From the NCBI GenBank assembly GCA_009103225.1, contig RHPI01002368.1, positions 649,397 to 713,396 of the forward strand: a stretch of 64,000 nucleotides of DNA, given 5' to 3'. The stretch comes from Chlorokybus atmophyticus (Eukaryota; Plantae; Mesostigma and Chlorokybus algae). Positions 13,116 to 26,089 of this stretch are shown here, piece after piece (the first letter of the stretch is position 1; every line of letters starts with the position of its first letter). The position numbers and the translations under genes are program-made. The notes beneath the pieces are model-generated. The model was not told the DNA's origin. It ran no database searches and worked only from the letters and a program-made list of their open reading frames with translations.

Positions 13116-13720
13116 TTAAGGCTTTGTTAGGCCCTTCTGGCGCCGGCTCCACTGCAGCGCGCGACTTCGCCTTCGCTAGCAGCTGCCAACCTGCGACGTG
13201 CTTGCCGCCGAGCCAATAGCAATGTGACTGCCGCGGCATGTGACGTCACACCTGATTAGACTGTGCCAGGTGACGCGGACTTCGCACTCAGCTACCTGCT
13301 GTGCAGTATCTTATGGCGCGGAGTGCACAGTCAGCTGCCGCGTAAAAGGTACCCGATGCAAGGGGCAGCAGCCTGCACTTATGCAGTCCTTTACATTTGG
13401 TAAATCATAAACAAAATGCCTGGTTATTAACCTGCTTAGTTTCGGTGCTGGTATAAATAGGGAAACCTTGTGTACTACAACTAACTTTGCTTTCTGCTCT
13501 CTGCTGTGAGTATACTGGTGTATGCTTGAAAGAGGCGTGATCCAAGGCACGCTACTGCGTTCTTGCTTGGTGTGAGCAGTAGTAGTGTTCGTGTGCGTGT
13601 GCGCGCTCAACGCATGCGTATGCGCGAGGGAAGGCAAGGTTCCGGTGTGAAGACTGTACTCAGTGTGCACACATGTGTTGTATGACTTGTGTGTTGTATG
13701 TAAGCACGAGCATCGTTACA
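13036..13720 (+). repeat. 3' LTR of gypsy chromovirus
   Basis: Direct repeat of 7347-8033. Confidence 0.95.
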
Positions 13721-14818
13721 GTGTCACTATTGCAAGATGAAGGGCCACTTCATTCGCGGGTGCCACAAGAGGATCCGCAATGAGGCAACCAAGGAGGAGC
13801 ACGCCACGATGGCAATTGCTTTCTAGCATTGGTGAGGACCTTAAGGAGTTGCAGTGAATGGTGTTTGTTTGTCCTCTTCTACTGCAAGGGCGCGTGAAGG
13901 ACATGCGTACACGGAGGTCGCAGACACAAAGGTTTGTGAGAGTTACGGCTAGCCTATGTGTAGTTGCTGGTGTTGAGCTACATACACTAGAGGTTGCATT
14001 GCTGTGGAGTTGTTTTTTTGGGTAGCACACAGGTGTGCGGTACTGGTTAGAACACTTCAATTGATTGGCATGCAAGGACTGAGTTGTATAGCTAGCTAAC
14101 AAGAGATGGGAGGGGTGCTTTCCTTGTACTGCTTGTAACAGTGGGTCGCACATCTCTGTAGTTGGCATGCTTGCTCCACTTGTATGTATCCTTAGTGTGT
14201 GCACACTTGTATATGAGAGGCGCATACACACACACTAGGCGCATCAATGGTTTTCAACAGCTTATGGGCCCACACTCGCTTGTGTGATTGATTGTGCTAG
14301 TGAGAGAAAGTGTTGAGCATAGGCGCCTATTAGTAGAGTGTTCTTGTGGAGAGGGTGAGTTGCACTATTCTGTAGCAAGCAGTGGCTGACACAGATAGGA
14401 TACCCATCGAGTCCTTTGATCTGCACAATTATGCTTCATGGTCGCTGAAGATGAAGTTGGTGCTGATCCGCAAGAAACTCTGGAGTTTTGTTGACCCCAC
14501 CTCCTCCACATCATTGCGGCCAAAAATAGGTAACGCTAGTACCTGGACTAAGAACTCACCATCAACTTTTGCGCTGATAGGCTTGCACGTTAAAGACTTC
14601 CATCTCCCTCTTATAGCGGATTGCAAGACTGGACGTGAGGTGTGGGAGGTCTTTAACACCCTCTGCAAGGCCAATAGCAATTTGCGCAAGTTGTAGCTGC
14701 GACGCAAGCTGACACTTTTGAGGATGGAGCACAAGGAGCCACCTCCGGAAGTACATCTCGCGGGCAAGGGAGCTTGAGCAAGACCTTGCAACAGTTGGCC
14801 ACAATGTGCAGGAAGAGG

Positions 14819-17800
14819 TGTTAAAGGTACTTTGTTAGGCGTTTTAGCTAAAACTTCTATGATCACATTCACCTTGTGAGGTACGGTCAGTTGTCGTTTT
14901 GAGAATTATAGTCCATTATAGTCAATATTGACTTTGATCTTGAAATTTGACCTTGATCATTGACTAGTGTTGACTAGCGTTGATTAGTGTTGACTATCAC
15001 TCGCTAGTGTACTATATCAAATATTATATATTGTGCAATACCGTAAAATCCACTTTGCTTTATCGTTAGCGCCACACTTGTCTTTATCATTGTTGCTACC
15101 GTGCAATCTTAATAGGTTATGGGCCCACACTAGCGCTAGCATAGCTAGTACAAGTTGGTGAAGCTTGGGAAGGCGCCGTTTTCATTGCAGGCTAGCAAAG
15201 GAAGCATGGCAACCAGCTATAACAAGTTCAACATCGAGCCACTGGATATCAACAACTATGGGACATGGAGCATCCAAATGCTGATGCTACTCATGCACAA
15301 AGATCTATGGTCGGTGGTGGATCCCACAAAGCGCCCTCTCGGCTTGGAAGACCTACTCACAAAGAAACAAACCGTTCAGGCACTTGCGTTGATGGGACTC
15401 TATGCGGTACATCATCACTTAGTGCTTGTTGCACGTTGCAAGTCTGCTACAACATTGTGGTAGAAGTTTTTTGAGGTTTTAAAGGCTAAGAATAATGCTG
15501 GGAAGTTGCAGTTGAGGAAGCAGTTAAATGCTTTGTGGAAGGATGTTGCTGAACATGTCATCAAGTTCATCTCACAAGTCAAGCAGCTGTAGGACGACTT
15601 GCTTGCCATTGGACATGAAGTGAAAGAGGTGGAGGTGGTCTGGGTCATCCTTGCTGGCTTGCCCAAGGAGTTCGAGATGACTGTCACCATCATGGAGTCA
15701 CCAATGAGGAGCTCACCCTCGAGACCACCACCCCACGTCTACTTCAAGTCGAGCAACGCGCATCCACTTTACCCCAGGATGAGGCTGAAGCTGTGGCATT
15801 TGCGGCACACTCCAAACCACGTTGTAACAACAAGAACGGTTGTGGGAAGAAGGAGGCGCATACTTGCCACTATTACGACATGAAGGGACCCCTGAAGAAG
15901 GTTTGCCAAAAGTTGAAGTGCAATCAGCAACGAAATTAAGGTTCTTACAGGCAAGCTGTAGCACTTGCTGCTAGCACCACTGCTATTGAGAGCGCTTGGT
16001 TGCTCGATTTTGTGTGCACACAGCATATGACCCCACACAGACATGAGTTCGAGGAATATTATGCTATGGGATGCTGCTGGTGTGAAAGTGAGCGTTAGCA
16101 ATAAGATGCACTTGCAAGCTGTGGGAGTGGGCACCGTCATCCTACACACTGTGGTGGCGGGCGCTACACACGAAATGGACCTAAAAGAGGCGATCCACGT
16201 GCCAAGGGTAGCTTCCAGCCTGTTCTCCATTTGAAGAGCTACAAGCGCAGGCGCCAAAGTTGACTTCACTGCTCAAAAGTGTCAATCAAGGTGAACAACA
16301 TTGTTGTTAAAAAGGGCACATTGCGGCAGAGCTTGTAATGCATCATACTTGATTGCCAGCATGCGTTGTCTGCGACAGGCACTGCATTGGACACAGCTCA
16401 TCATTGGCACTGAAGACTTGGACAGCTTGGATGGGACAATGTGGCAAGAGTGGTGGCTAAGGACATAGTGGAAGGGATCAACATTGAAATGGAGGACATT
16501 AAGGCAGTGCAAGGTAATATGTGCGAGACGTGCGTGCTGAGCAATATGATTAGGCAGCCTTTTCCTACCTCTTCCCGCACCAGTACAGCACCCTTGCAGC
16601 TCGTGCACATGGATGTGTGCGGTCCCATGCCAATTGCGTTCACTAGAGGGAATTGGTACGTAGCCACTTTCATTGATGACTTCAGCAAATTGTCTGCTAT
16701 CATTCCACTTGTTGTGAAGTCGGATGTTGCTGCTGTAGTCAAGAGGACACTCACTCAGCTGGCTACACAAGCAAAGACAAAGGTGTTGGCGTTAAAAAGT
16801 GATCGGGGCTCTGTGTATCTCGACCACCTTGGAAATCTACTTGGATGAGCACGGCATCAAGTATGAGACTATTGCACCCTACACCCCTGATCAAAACGGT
16901 GCTGCAGAGCGTCTTAACCGCACGCTTGTGGAGCGCGTGCGTGCCATACTTACAAATACAAAGCTGGACAAAGCTTTGTGGGCTGAGGCGTTTGTCATGG
17001 CCAATTACATTCGCAACAGGTCTACTACAAGCAACAAAGCCAAGACCCCGTGGAAGTTGTTCTACGGTAAGAAGCCTGATGTGATGCACATGCATGTTTT
17101 TGGAGCCAAGGCGTATCCACATATCCCCAAGCAACTAAGGAGAAAGCTTGAGAATGCGAGGGAGACAAGCATCCTCGTGGGGTACGAGCCAAACTTCAAG
17201 GCATACATGACCACACTCGCCACCCTCGCTAAGGATGGCGCCGCCGCGCTGAGTTTTCAAGCGATTAAACATGGAGCTTGTAACTTAGAACTCACATCTA
17301 GTGAGTGCTTGTGCCCCCAAGTACTCAGGGCACTAGGGGCACAAGAGTCTCATAACTGATTAACGAGTTCTTGAGTTCATGGGCGCGCCTCTCATGCGCT
17401 TTATGAACTCATATGATCTTGCATGAGGATAGCAACAAGAACGTGGTTTGATGGGATGTTGTCTTAAACGAGAAATTGGTGGCGACTTCACTAGCAACAC
17501 CTTCTGCAACCATGGACATTAATATTGCTGATGAGCCAGATGTCATTACCGCACCACCTGTGAATGTGAAGGTCCCTGGCGATTCGCCACATCTCAAAGA
17601 GGACAAGATTGCATCTGTGGATGAGTAGGAGAGGCGCTACCCTATAAGAAACAGAGCGCCACCATAATTATACCAAAGGTTTCAGGCCATGCGTGCTGAA
17701 ACCACTGAGGAGAAGGAGCTAAGCACCTACCAAAAGGCCATTATGGCTTCTGACGCTGAGTTGTGGCGTAAGGCATGGATGAGGAGATTGCTTCGCTACA

Positions 17801-19615
17801 CGCTAACAAGACTTGGGTACTGAATCAGGTTCCACAAGGCGTTAAGCCTATGCTTGTCAAGTGGGTGTACAAGATCAAGCGTGATGGCAAGGGCAACGTT
17901 GAGCGCTACACGGCGCGACTTGTGACAAAGGGCCTTTTACAAGAAAAGGGTGTTGACTACAAGGAGGTGTTTGCAACTGCTAGTAAGCACACAACCTTCA
18001 GGGCACTGCTTGCAAAGGTTGCTGCAGAGGCTTGGAGATGCACCACCTGGACGTGAAGACCGCTTTTTGTTATCGAGAGTTGGATGAGCAGATCTACGCA
18101 ACAGCCTCAAGTTTACGAGGAGGGAGGCTCAAGCACGGATTGCTTGCTATACAAGGCTACATAAGGCTCTTTATGGGCTTATGCAAGTGCCAAGAGTCTG
18201 GCACATATGGCTCAGCAAGGAGCTGGAGAAGATGGGCGTTCAGCAATTATTATCAGACCCTGGGCTCTTCATTAATGAGGACGGCTAAGTTTGGTTGCTG
18301 GTGTACGTAGACGATATCATCTTGACATTGCATGACACTGCAGCAATGTCACACATCACAGTGACACTGCAATCTGCTTTTAAAATTTGAGATCTTGGCA
18401 ATGCACGCATGTCCTCGGCATTATCATCACCAGAGACAGAGTTGCAAGGACAATTAAGATCACTGAGAAGCAGTTGGTCCTGGATGTATTCAAGAAATTC
18501 AAGTCGCATAGCACCTAGGGTAAGGCAACACCTCTGAGCGTGGGAGTACATCTACTTAAGGCACAAGACACTACCGCAGTGCTTGACAAGGCTGCATATC
18601 CATATGGTGAGCTGGTTGGGAGCCTCATCTAGTTGTCCATCAGCACGAGGCTTGACATCGCACAAGCCATGGGAGTCTTGGCGAGACACATGTGAACACC
18701 AACCATGAAGCACTAAAAGGCGGTAAAAGGAGTTCTTCACTACTTTGGTAGCACCCTGGACGTGGGCATTACTTGTGGGAGCACAGAGGACATTACAGTA
18801 CATGGTTATTGTGATGCGGACTATGCGTGGGACCTTGTTTCAAGGAGGTCTACCACTAAATACACTTTTCTAATGGGAGGAGGCATTGTCATTGGAACAG
18901 CCAATTACAGCCAACAATTGCTGCATCAACCACTCAGGCCGAGTACATGGCGGCTTCATCTGCGATAAATGAAGCATTATGGCTTTGCAAGTTGGTCACT
19001 GACTTGGGACATGCATTGAGCCGTGTCACAATCATGTGTGACAACCAAGGAGCGCTCAAGTTAAGCATGCACCCCATTACATTTGCCAGGTTGAAGCACA
19101 TCGACATCATGCACCACCTGGTGAAAGAGAGAGTTGCACGAGGCGAGGTAGAGTTCAGGTACTGCAGCACGGAGGACATGCTCGCAAACTGCATGACCAC
19201 ACCACTACCACCAACCAAATTCCAAACTTGTTGCTTGGGGCTCGGAGTTGAAGGCTAAAGATGCTCGCGTCGGAGTGTTGAAGGTACTTTGTTAGGCGCC
19301 TTAGCTAAAACTTCTACGATCATTTTCACCTTGGGAGTTATGGTCAGCTATCGTTATGGGAGTTATAGTCCAGTATAGTCAACATTGACTTTGACCTTTG
19401 ACATTAAGTTTGACTTTGAGCGTTGTCTAGTGTTGACTTTGACTAGCGTTGACTAGTGTTGTCTATCACGCGCTAGTGTACTATATGAGATACTATATGT
19501 TGTGCAATACAATGTAATACAATACAACAGAGTGGATCTTTATAAAAGATCCACTCTGCTGTATTGTCAGCGCCACACTTGTGCTTGTCATTGTTGCTAC
19601 TGTGCAATCTTAATA
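14819..19615 (+). mobile_element. Full-length Ty1/copia retrotransposon (family 2), degenerate
   Basis: LTRs 14819-15114 and 19276-19615; TSD AGAGG (14814-14818, 19616-19620); PBS GGTTATGGGCCC at 15115; gag, PR (WLLD..CTQHMT), INT (LVHMDVCGP, NGAAERLNRTLVE), RT (KWVYKIKRD), RH (IMCDNQGA, KHIDIMHH). Confidence 0.97.
17210..17412 (+). mobile_element. 203-bp insertion of the 3' part of repeat core A into the copia integrase region, flanked by ATG/ATG
   Basis: Matches 2772-2970; removal restores GYEPNFKAY-MILHED..VV. Confidence 0.9.
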
Positions 19616-20329
19616 AGAGGAGGTAATGTGGGTAGTCTTACCTGGCTTAGGAAAGATCTTTGCTACGCTAGTTACTGCGTTGAAGTCCTCATATGTGGTT
19701 TGAAAATTGGCTGATGTAGTGCCTAAGCTGCTTGCTGTGGAAGGCAAATTGGATTTTTAGGAGATGGAGAATGGTGGGAAACCTATCAAACTTGTTGCCT
19801 CAACTTTTCAACACACACGAAGCAGGAGCAAAGCAGGTGGTGGGAAGCCATCACATGGCAAAGAGTGTCACTATTGCACGATGAAGGGCTACTTCGTTCG
19901 CGAGTGTCAGAAGAGGATCCATGATGAGGCAATCAAGGAGGAGCACGCCACGATGGCGATTGCATTCTAGCATTGGTGAGGACCTCGAGGAGCCGCAGTG
20001 GATGGTGGTCGTCTGTCCTCTCCCACTGCAAGGGCGCGTGAAGGACATGCGTAGACGGAGGTCGCAAACACAAAGGTTTGTGAGAGTTGCTGCTAGCCTA
20101 TGAGTAGTTGCTGGTGTTGAGCTGCATACACTAGAGGTTGCATTGCTGTGGAGTTGTTGTTTTGGTAGCACACAGGAGTGCGGTACTGGTTAAAATACTT
20201 CACTTAATTGGCATGCAAGTACTCAGTTGTATAGCTAGCTTACAGGAGATGGGAGGGGTGCTTTCCTTGGTGGAAGGGTCTGATCAACCCTTGCATGGTC
20301 TACACTTTGATACAGCATTGCTAAGGTAG

Positions 20330-20700
20330 AGAACTCAGTGTGGTTAAGATAATAAAGGCATGGTGCGGAAAACATGGTGCAGTTAAGACAATGAAGGCAC
20401 TATTTCAGTTCTCATTGGAATGCTATGGTGGTATGGACCCAGCTTTTCAGGCGCACAACAAGCTCAGCAAGTTACGACAGGATGGTCGGGCAGCTTCAAT
20501 CTATTTGCAAGAGCTCCCAACACTGGTGGTTGCGCAAGCAATGGCCTTATGCCCATCGACAAGGCCAAGCAATTAGAGTTGAACAAGTGCGGCTTGGATG
20601 CGCGTGTGCGCAATATCATGCCCACTGTCCTCGCATAGCAGCCTTCATCTATGCCTACATCTAGACCCTCGCGCGGCCTATCAACATGGAGACTTGTGCG
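20330..20700 (+). pseudogene. Gypsy gag fragment
   Basis: MDPAFQAHNKLSKLRQDGRAASIY and LELNKCGLDA resemble Retrotrans_gag. Confidence 0.5.
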
Positions 20701-21889
20701 CATTATTGGTCAACAGCTAGTTCATTACTCTAGACTAGCTCATGACTATAACCTACTTAAGCATCGTGTGTAGCTAATCGGTTGTGAGTTTTGTCAAGTT
20801 TATGTTGGCCAAATACCCCACTTGTAGAGCCTTCCCTTGGATGCACACGCACTTGCACAATAGCTTGCATGCCTCAAGCTTCCTTGACTAGTGAGCACTT
20901 GCTCACTCATATTCGAGCTTTAATGAAATGAGTTCCACAAGGGTTGACTTGTGACCATTGTTGACTAGCTTCTTAACTTCTTGCAAGGGAGTTATAACAC
21001 TGTGATGCCACGTTTGGACCACACATGCAATGGCATGTTGCGATCAACCAACCTCTCATGCCCTCACATGGGCATGTGCTTGGTTGACAATGCCTTTTCA
21101 TTGTGTAACCTCTATTACACATGGATAGTGAGAGTTACAACTCCCAACCATATGTTCACATTTGATGCTTGGCGTATACACCCACACCAGATTGTGGTAT
21201 AAGCCTTTCTCTTAAAATAGTCAAATTCAAGCCCACTATATGTGCACCGCTGGACACATTTGTTTTAGGGCTGTCCCAACCACCAGATCTAGCGGCCTTA
21301 CATGACACGAATGCGTCCGCAATGAAGCCGCGCGCCCGAGGCGCATTGGAGGCGCGACCGCAATGCGGCATGTGCCGCGAAGCGCCCCTCCCTGAGGGCC
21401 TTCTCAATAAGGCCCCTTACTACCTCAATGAGCGTGGGTTATTACTTTATCGTATAGTAATATACCACGTCTTGCTAGTATGCAAGCACTTGCTCAAGCC
21501 ATACTTAGTGACGGATTGGACTATGTGCACATGCACATACTCAGTGCCATTGTTACTCAATTTACTAAGCAACCCAAGCATAATTTGGCTATAATGAGTA
21601 TTAATCAAGACACTGTTATATTCCTCCCTTCTTAATCTTTGATGTCCTTGTCAACTTATTGTATTGCTACGGGATATAAGGTTGATCAGGCCTTCCGTTA
21701 TCATCTCCATAGGCCCAAAGAGAGGTTGGCTTAAGTGGTTTTGCACCTTAGCAAAAGTTTCCGAGAAAGGTTAACTTGGTTTGGGTATCCACTTTGCACC
21801 TTAGCATGAATCTTACGAAAGGTTGACTTACTTTAGGTATCCACTTGTTGCAAGCAATTCTTGAACCATTTCACAACTATTGGTTTTGT

Positions 21890-24300
21890 CGTGCTCGGCT
21901 ACCCATAGGTTGTGTTTAACCCCATAACTTTCCCACTTAACAAGGTAGAACGACTTCTTCCTCGGGCACAGCTAGCCAATATCCCCTCTACGTCGTATTC
22001 CCACTCCCCTTCCACTAACTCGTGTAAGGGAGAAGGTTGGACCCTTCCGATGTGTACTTCTTAAGCAAGGATACATGGAACACATCCTGTATCTTAACAT
22101 GCTGCCGGAGTTGAAGCTTGTATGCTGTAGTTTCAATAGGTTGTAGGTGCTGTGAAGGGTCCCAACCATCTAGGCAATATCTTTCCACTTCCCCAACTTT
22201 TAATCTTAATGTTATTTGCATTGAGCAATACTTGTCAACCAGCGCTAAACACCAAATCCTAGCGATCCTTGTCGGCATGGAACTGTAGGCGGCATTGAGC
22301 AATAGCCATGGCCTTCTTGGCCTCATATAAGGCTTCTTGTATCTTACCCACCAGCTCGGCGGTGGCGGGAGCCTTAGCTCGCTTCTGGGTAATCCTTTTT
22401 CACGGTGCGCACGGGTGCTTGCCATGGTTAAGGAAGAAAGGGGTTTGCTTAACCAATCTGGTGAGCATTGTTCACACTAAACTCAAGCGCTAAGGAACTC
22501 ATCTCAATTGCATTGAGTCATTGAGATATAATAACACCTTAACATGTGTTCAAATGTTTGATTCATCCTTCCAGTTTGCCCATCCGATCGAGAATAATAT
22601 GCCGCTCATAGTGATTGCTTCACCGCTATTGTATTACACACATTGGCCCGAAAGGCACCGATGAACCTCGGATCTCTATCCGACACTATCTCCTTTGGCA
22701 TGCCATGCAACTTGAATTCATGGTTAAGGAACAGCCTTTCGAAGCCGGTTGCTCCCAACTCACTTGTGCATGGAGCAGAGTGAGTTATCAAGACAAGCGG
22801 TCTACAGAGACAAGGTTGGCAGTGTGCCCGCGTGTAGTCTTTTGGTAGCTCGATTATTAAATCGATAGAGAGACGCACTTTCTCAAGTGTTATCCGGCAC
22901 ATAAAGGCAACAAAGGTCCTGCCAACCTTTGCTTTGAGGCCTTGTTCCTCTGACATGAATCACATGTCTTCACAAAGGCTTCTCTTATGGAGAAGATAAG
23001 AGAGGCCACCAATAGGTTTTTTGTGCCAACTTGAAGGTCTTTCTTATCCATAGATGCACTCCACAAGGTGGTTGTGCATCTCCGCCATGCACTCCGCCCT
23101 TAGGCCGGGTACATCGGGTACTAGGGTTAGTAATAGTACCCCATCCTTATACCATAATTGGCCTTCATTTACCAATTGAGACTTATCAAAGTCGAGAAAT
23201 CATAGGTCATTTGTGTATCCCATCCTAATTCTCAAGTCCAAGCTTGCGGGCTCATCATGTTATGCACTTTGAGACCACAACAATATATTAATTGACAAAG
23301 GTGATCTACTCACTAGATCCGCAACTGTAATTTGACCGAGACGACACTCTTATGAAAATCTGACATTGCTAGGAACTCTACCCATCGTGCTTGTCTTTTT
23401 GACAAGTTTCGTTACCTAGGGAGGTAGATCAATGGGTTGTGGTCCGTTACAACCATGAACTTCACCCCCTTCAAGTAACAACGCCATGCCCTCAAAGCGT
23501 GTATGACTCTAAGCAATTCTTGCTCGGTGGTTGTGTAGTTCCGCTCCGCAAAAATGTACTTGCGAATAAAATGCAATTAGGTGCCCTTAATGAAGTAGAA
23601 CCGCACCAGTACCCAACAAGCAAGCATCCGGTACAACTTCAAGAAGATTCACAAAGTCCGACAAACTTAACACCGGTGCGCTCACAAAAGCTTGCTTGAT
23701 GATTTTGAGTGCTTTCTAATAATCTTTCGACCACACCTACTTGCTTCCCTTACTCAACAACTTTATGAGAGGAGTGGCCTTGGATGAATATCCAATTATG
23801 AATCGTCGGAAGTAGTTGGCTAGGCCTAAGAAATGGCTATACATCCGACACATTCTTATGTGTTGGCCAATTGCGCAATGAAGGCTTCAACACATACCGG
23901 GGTGCTCCCTTATGTACCACACAAGTGCGCTTGGCAACATCCAATTGCATTTGCACTTTGACGTGCTTATCTTCACCAATGAACACTTATACTTCTTGTA
24001 TATGCGTAGGTATAACATGGAACAAAACTTTAGCTTTATAGTTTCCAAGTTGAATAGGCAACTCATTTGCCCTTAGCTCAACACTTGTAAACCGTTCACG
24101 GGTTTGAGAAGCTATATATCGTATTTGGTACTACCTTAGCCGTCGCTTGTTGTACCAACATTGCGTTAGTGAACCACCCGATGGTGCCGGTGTCTATCAA
24201 CACTCCCACGTCTCGTTATAGTATGGAACCATCTATGACCCATAAAGAAAACTTCTTTTCTCAAATACGCTCGGTGATTAAGGACATCACTTACAAATAT
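21890..24300 (-). pseudogene. pol: Strongly decayed Ty3/gypsy chromovirus pol
   Basis: Minus strand: VLIDTGT (PR, about 24200); ERNYTTTEQELL..TDHNP (RH); GMPKEIVSDRDPRF and VFHVSLLKKY (INT); EWEYDVEGIL..YLVKWESY (chromodomain). Confidence 0.85.
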
Positions 24301-24599
24301 CAAGATTTTTGGTAATTATTACTCCTGCCTAGGTACCAATTCTCTCGTGGTAAAACCAAGGCTTACATAAATGAGCTATGTTGCTGCCAACAAGTTGATC
24401 AAATAGCACTTGCAAGATAGTGGCGTGCAAGCTAATGTAGCCTTGCACAGCTTTCGAGGGGGGGGGGGGACATCAGCAAAGCCTCAGGTATGACCGCAGG
24501 CGAGATGCAAAGGCAAGGAGCATAGCGCACCACACATATGGTGGCGCACTACACACAGGTTTGCCGCTCAAGACTCAATTAGCGACGCAACATGTGCCA

Positions 24600-25560
24600 A
24601 ATGTGTTTGGCTACGAATATGGCTAGGCACTCTTGGCCCTCTCACAAGCAGCAAATCACCTGTGCCTGAGTGTTGCCATTGGAGGCGAAGCAATCCAGCA
24701 CGGGCTGACCCCACCTACAGCATAGCAGGCATGTCGAAGCTAGCGCAAGCTCTGATAGCCAGTGTTTGACGCTTGCGAGAGCAGATCGGCTACCTGCAGA
24801 TAAGCCCGCGGCTGCCAGTCCTGGCGCCATGGCACGTCTCAAAGCTGCAACTGCTCCGCGTGCAGGTACGGGTTTTGTGCAGTCCACCTACGCAGGTTGC
24901 TCAGCGCTGACTGGCAATCATTTTGCAGGGTGATAGCTGCGTAGTGCAAGGCTGGCCGAATGCGTACTAGCTTGCACAGCACACGGATGTAAGCCATTGC
25001 CTATTTGACAGGAGGCGCCAGCTGTAGCCCATGTGCTGCAAAGTTTTCCTGCACATATCTATAGGGGGCAACGCCCCCCACCCATAAGTGCCCAAGGCGT
25101 CAGCTTACAGCAGCACTAATGAGGGCGGTTTCCACCACGTACAGTCATGAGCTGCGTTAACACGCAGTCGTGCCAGCAACCAGGCGAGGAACTGTGCGGT
25201 GACGGTTGGCGAGGCAAAGAGGGAATTTCATTGGAGCGCCTCCACAAGCGTCTCAAGCAGCGTTGTAGTAAACAGCAGCGCAAGGGGCATAGCTAGTTTT
25301 CAAGACACTAGCTTGCCTGCCATGCGCAGCAACTATTCGGCTGAAATGCAAGGCTGCCAATGGAGGGCACATATGTCGTCCTCTGGCTACTGCAATGCGT
25401 GCGGTGGTTGCAAAAGCACAAAAGTATGAGTCCACTAGCAGACCCAGCAATTTAAGCTGCTTGGTTGGTTCGAGGTTGCCTATCAGCAATGCGAAAAACC
25501 AGCCCAATGTCGCAAACAGACGCGTATGAAATTCACCCTTTTGCAATAATAAAGCAAGCG
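24600..25560 (-). pseudogene. DIRS pol fragment (RT end, RNase H, methyltransferase-like start)
   Basis: LEPTKQLKLLGLLVDS; DALGTYGWGA; PVLDCFASNGNTQ. Confidence 0.6.
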
Positions 25561-26089
25561 ATGCGTATGCTGGTGGGATAGATGCATGTCATAGTGTAGG
25601 ATAGGGTGCCGAGGCCTCGCATCCGCAATGGCTCATAGAGGACTTGCTGCGTGAGCGTGAATGCATAGCATGCGATGTTCAGGCTAAAAGGTAGCGCATC
25701 CTACTGGAACACCTAACCTGAGTATGATACACACTGGTACTTGCGGTGCTGTGGCCGGATAAGCACATGATGATAGCCTAAATGAATATTAAAGCTTGTT
25801 TGCCACCACCCTTTGTGTGTGTAGTGTAGATAATCCGACAACTTCTTGCAATGAAACGAAATGCGTGCTTGGAGATGTTGACATGTTGTAAGTTAATGAC
25901 CAATCTGAGCTTTAATTGAGTCACAACTCCCAAACCCGACACTTGGCTGTATGCCTCAGCACTGGCGTCATAGCTTCCATGAAGACCAGGTTGCGCAATT
26001 CATCTTGCACGAAAGAGGCATGCTCACACACGACTAATATGCGACACACAGCTCATGCTGGGGGGTCGTTATGGATCGATAGATGAATA

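Larger units (their letters stand above)
7347..13720 (+). mobile_element. Full-length Ty3/gypsy chromovirus retrotransposon
   Basis: LTRs 7347-8033 and 13036-13720 (TGTAAC...GTTACA); 5-bp TSD GTGTC at 7342-7346 and 13721-13725; purine-rich PPT before the 3' LTR; order gag-PR-RT-RH-INT-chromodomain. Confidence 0.97.
6198..14259 (+). mobile_element. Copia-derived gag-only family-1 unit 1 (LTR 6198-6548, PBS 6549-6560, gag), interrupted by gypsy 7347-13720, ending in a partial LTR 14135-14259
   Basis: TG...CA LTR; PBS GGTTCTGGGCCC; UBN2-like gag (LFKANTNSRKLQLRRKL); zinc knuckle CHYCKMKGHFIRGC resumes at 13721; no protease, RT or integrase follows. Confidence 0.8.
14135..20330 (+). mobile_element. 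Copia-derived gag-only family-1 unit 2 (partial LTR, PBS 14260-14271, gag 14382-14818 and 19616-19970, non-coding tail), interrupted by copia 14819-19615
   Basis: Homologous to 6420-7346 and 13721-14130; gag resumes after TSD AGAGG (EE|EVMWVVL); knuckle CHYCTMKGYFVREC. Confidence 0.85.
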
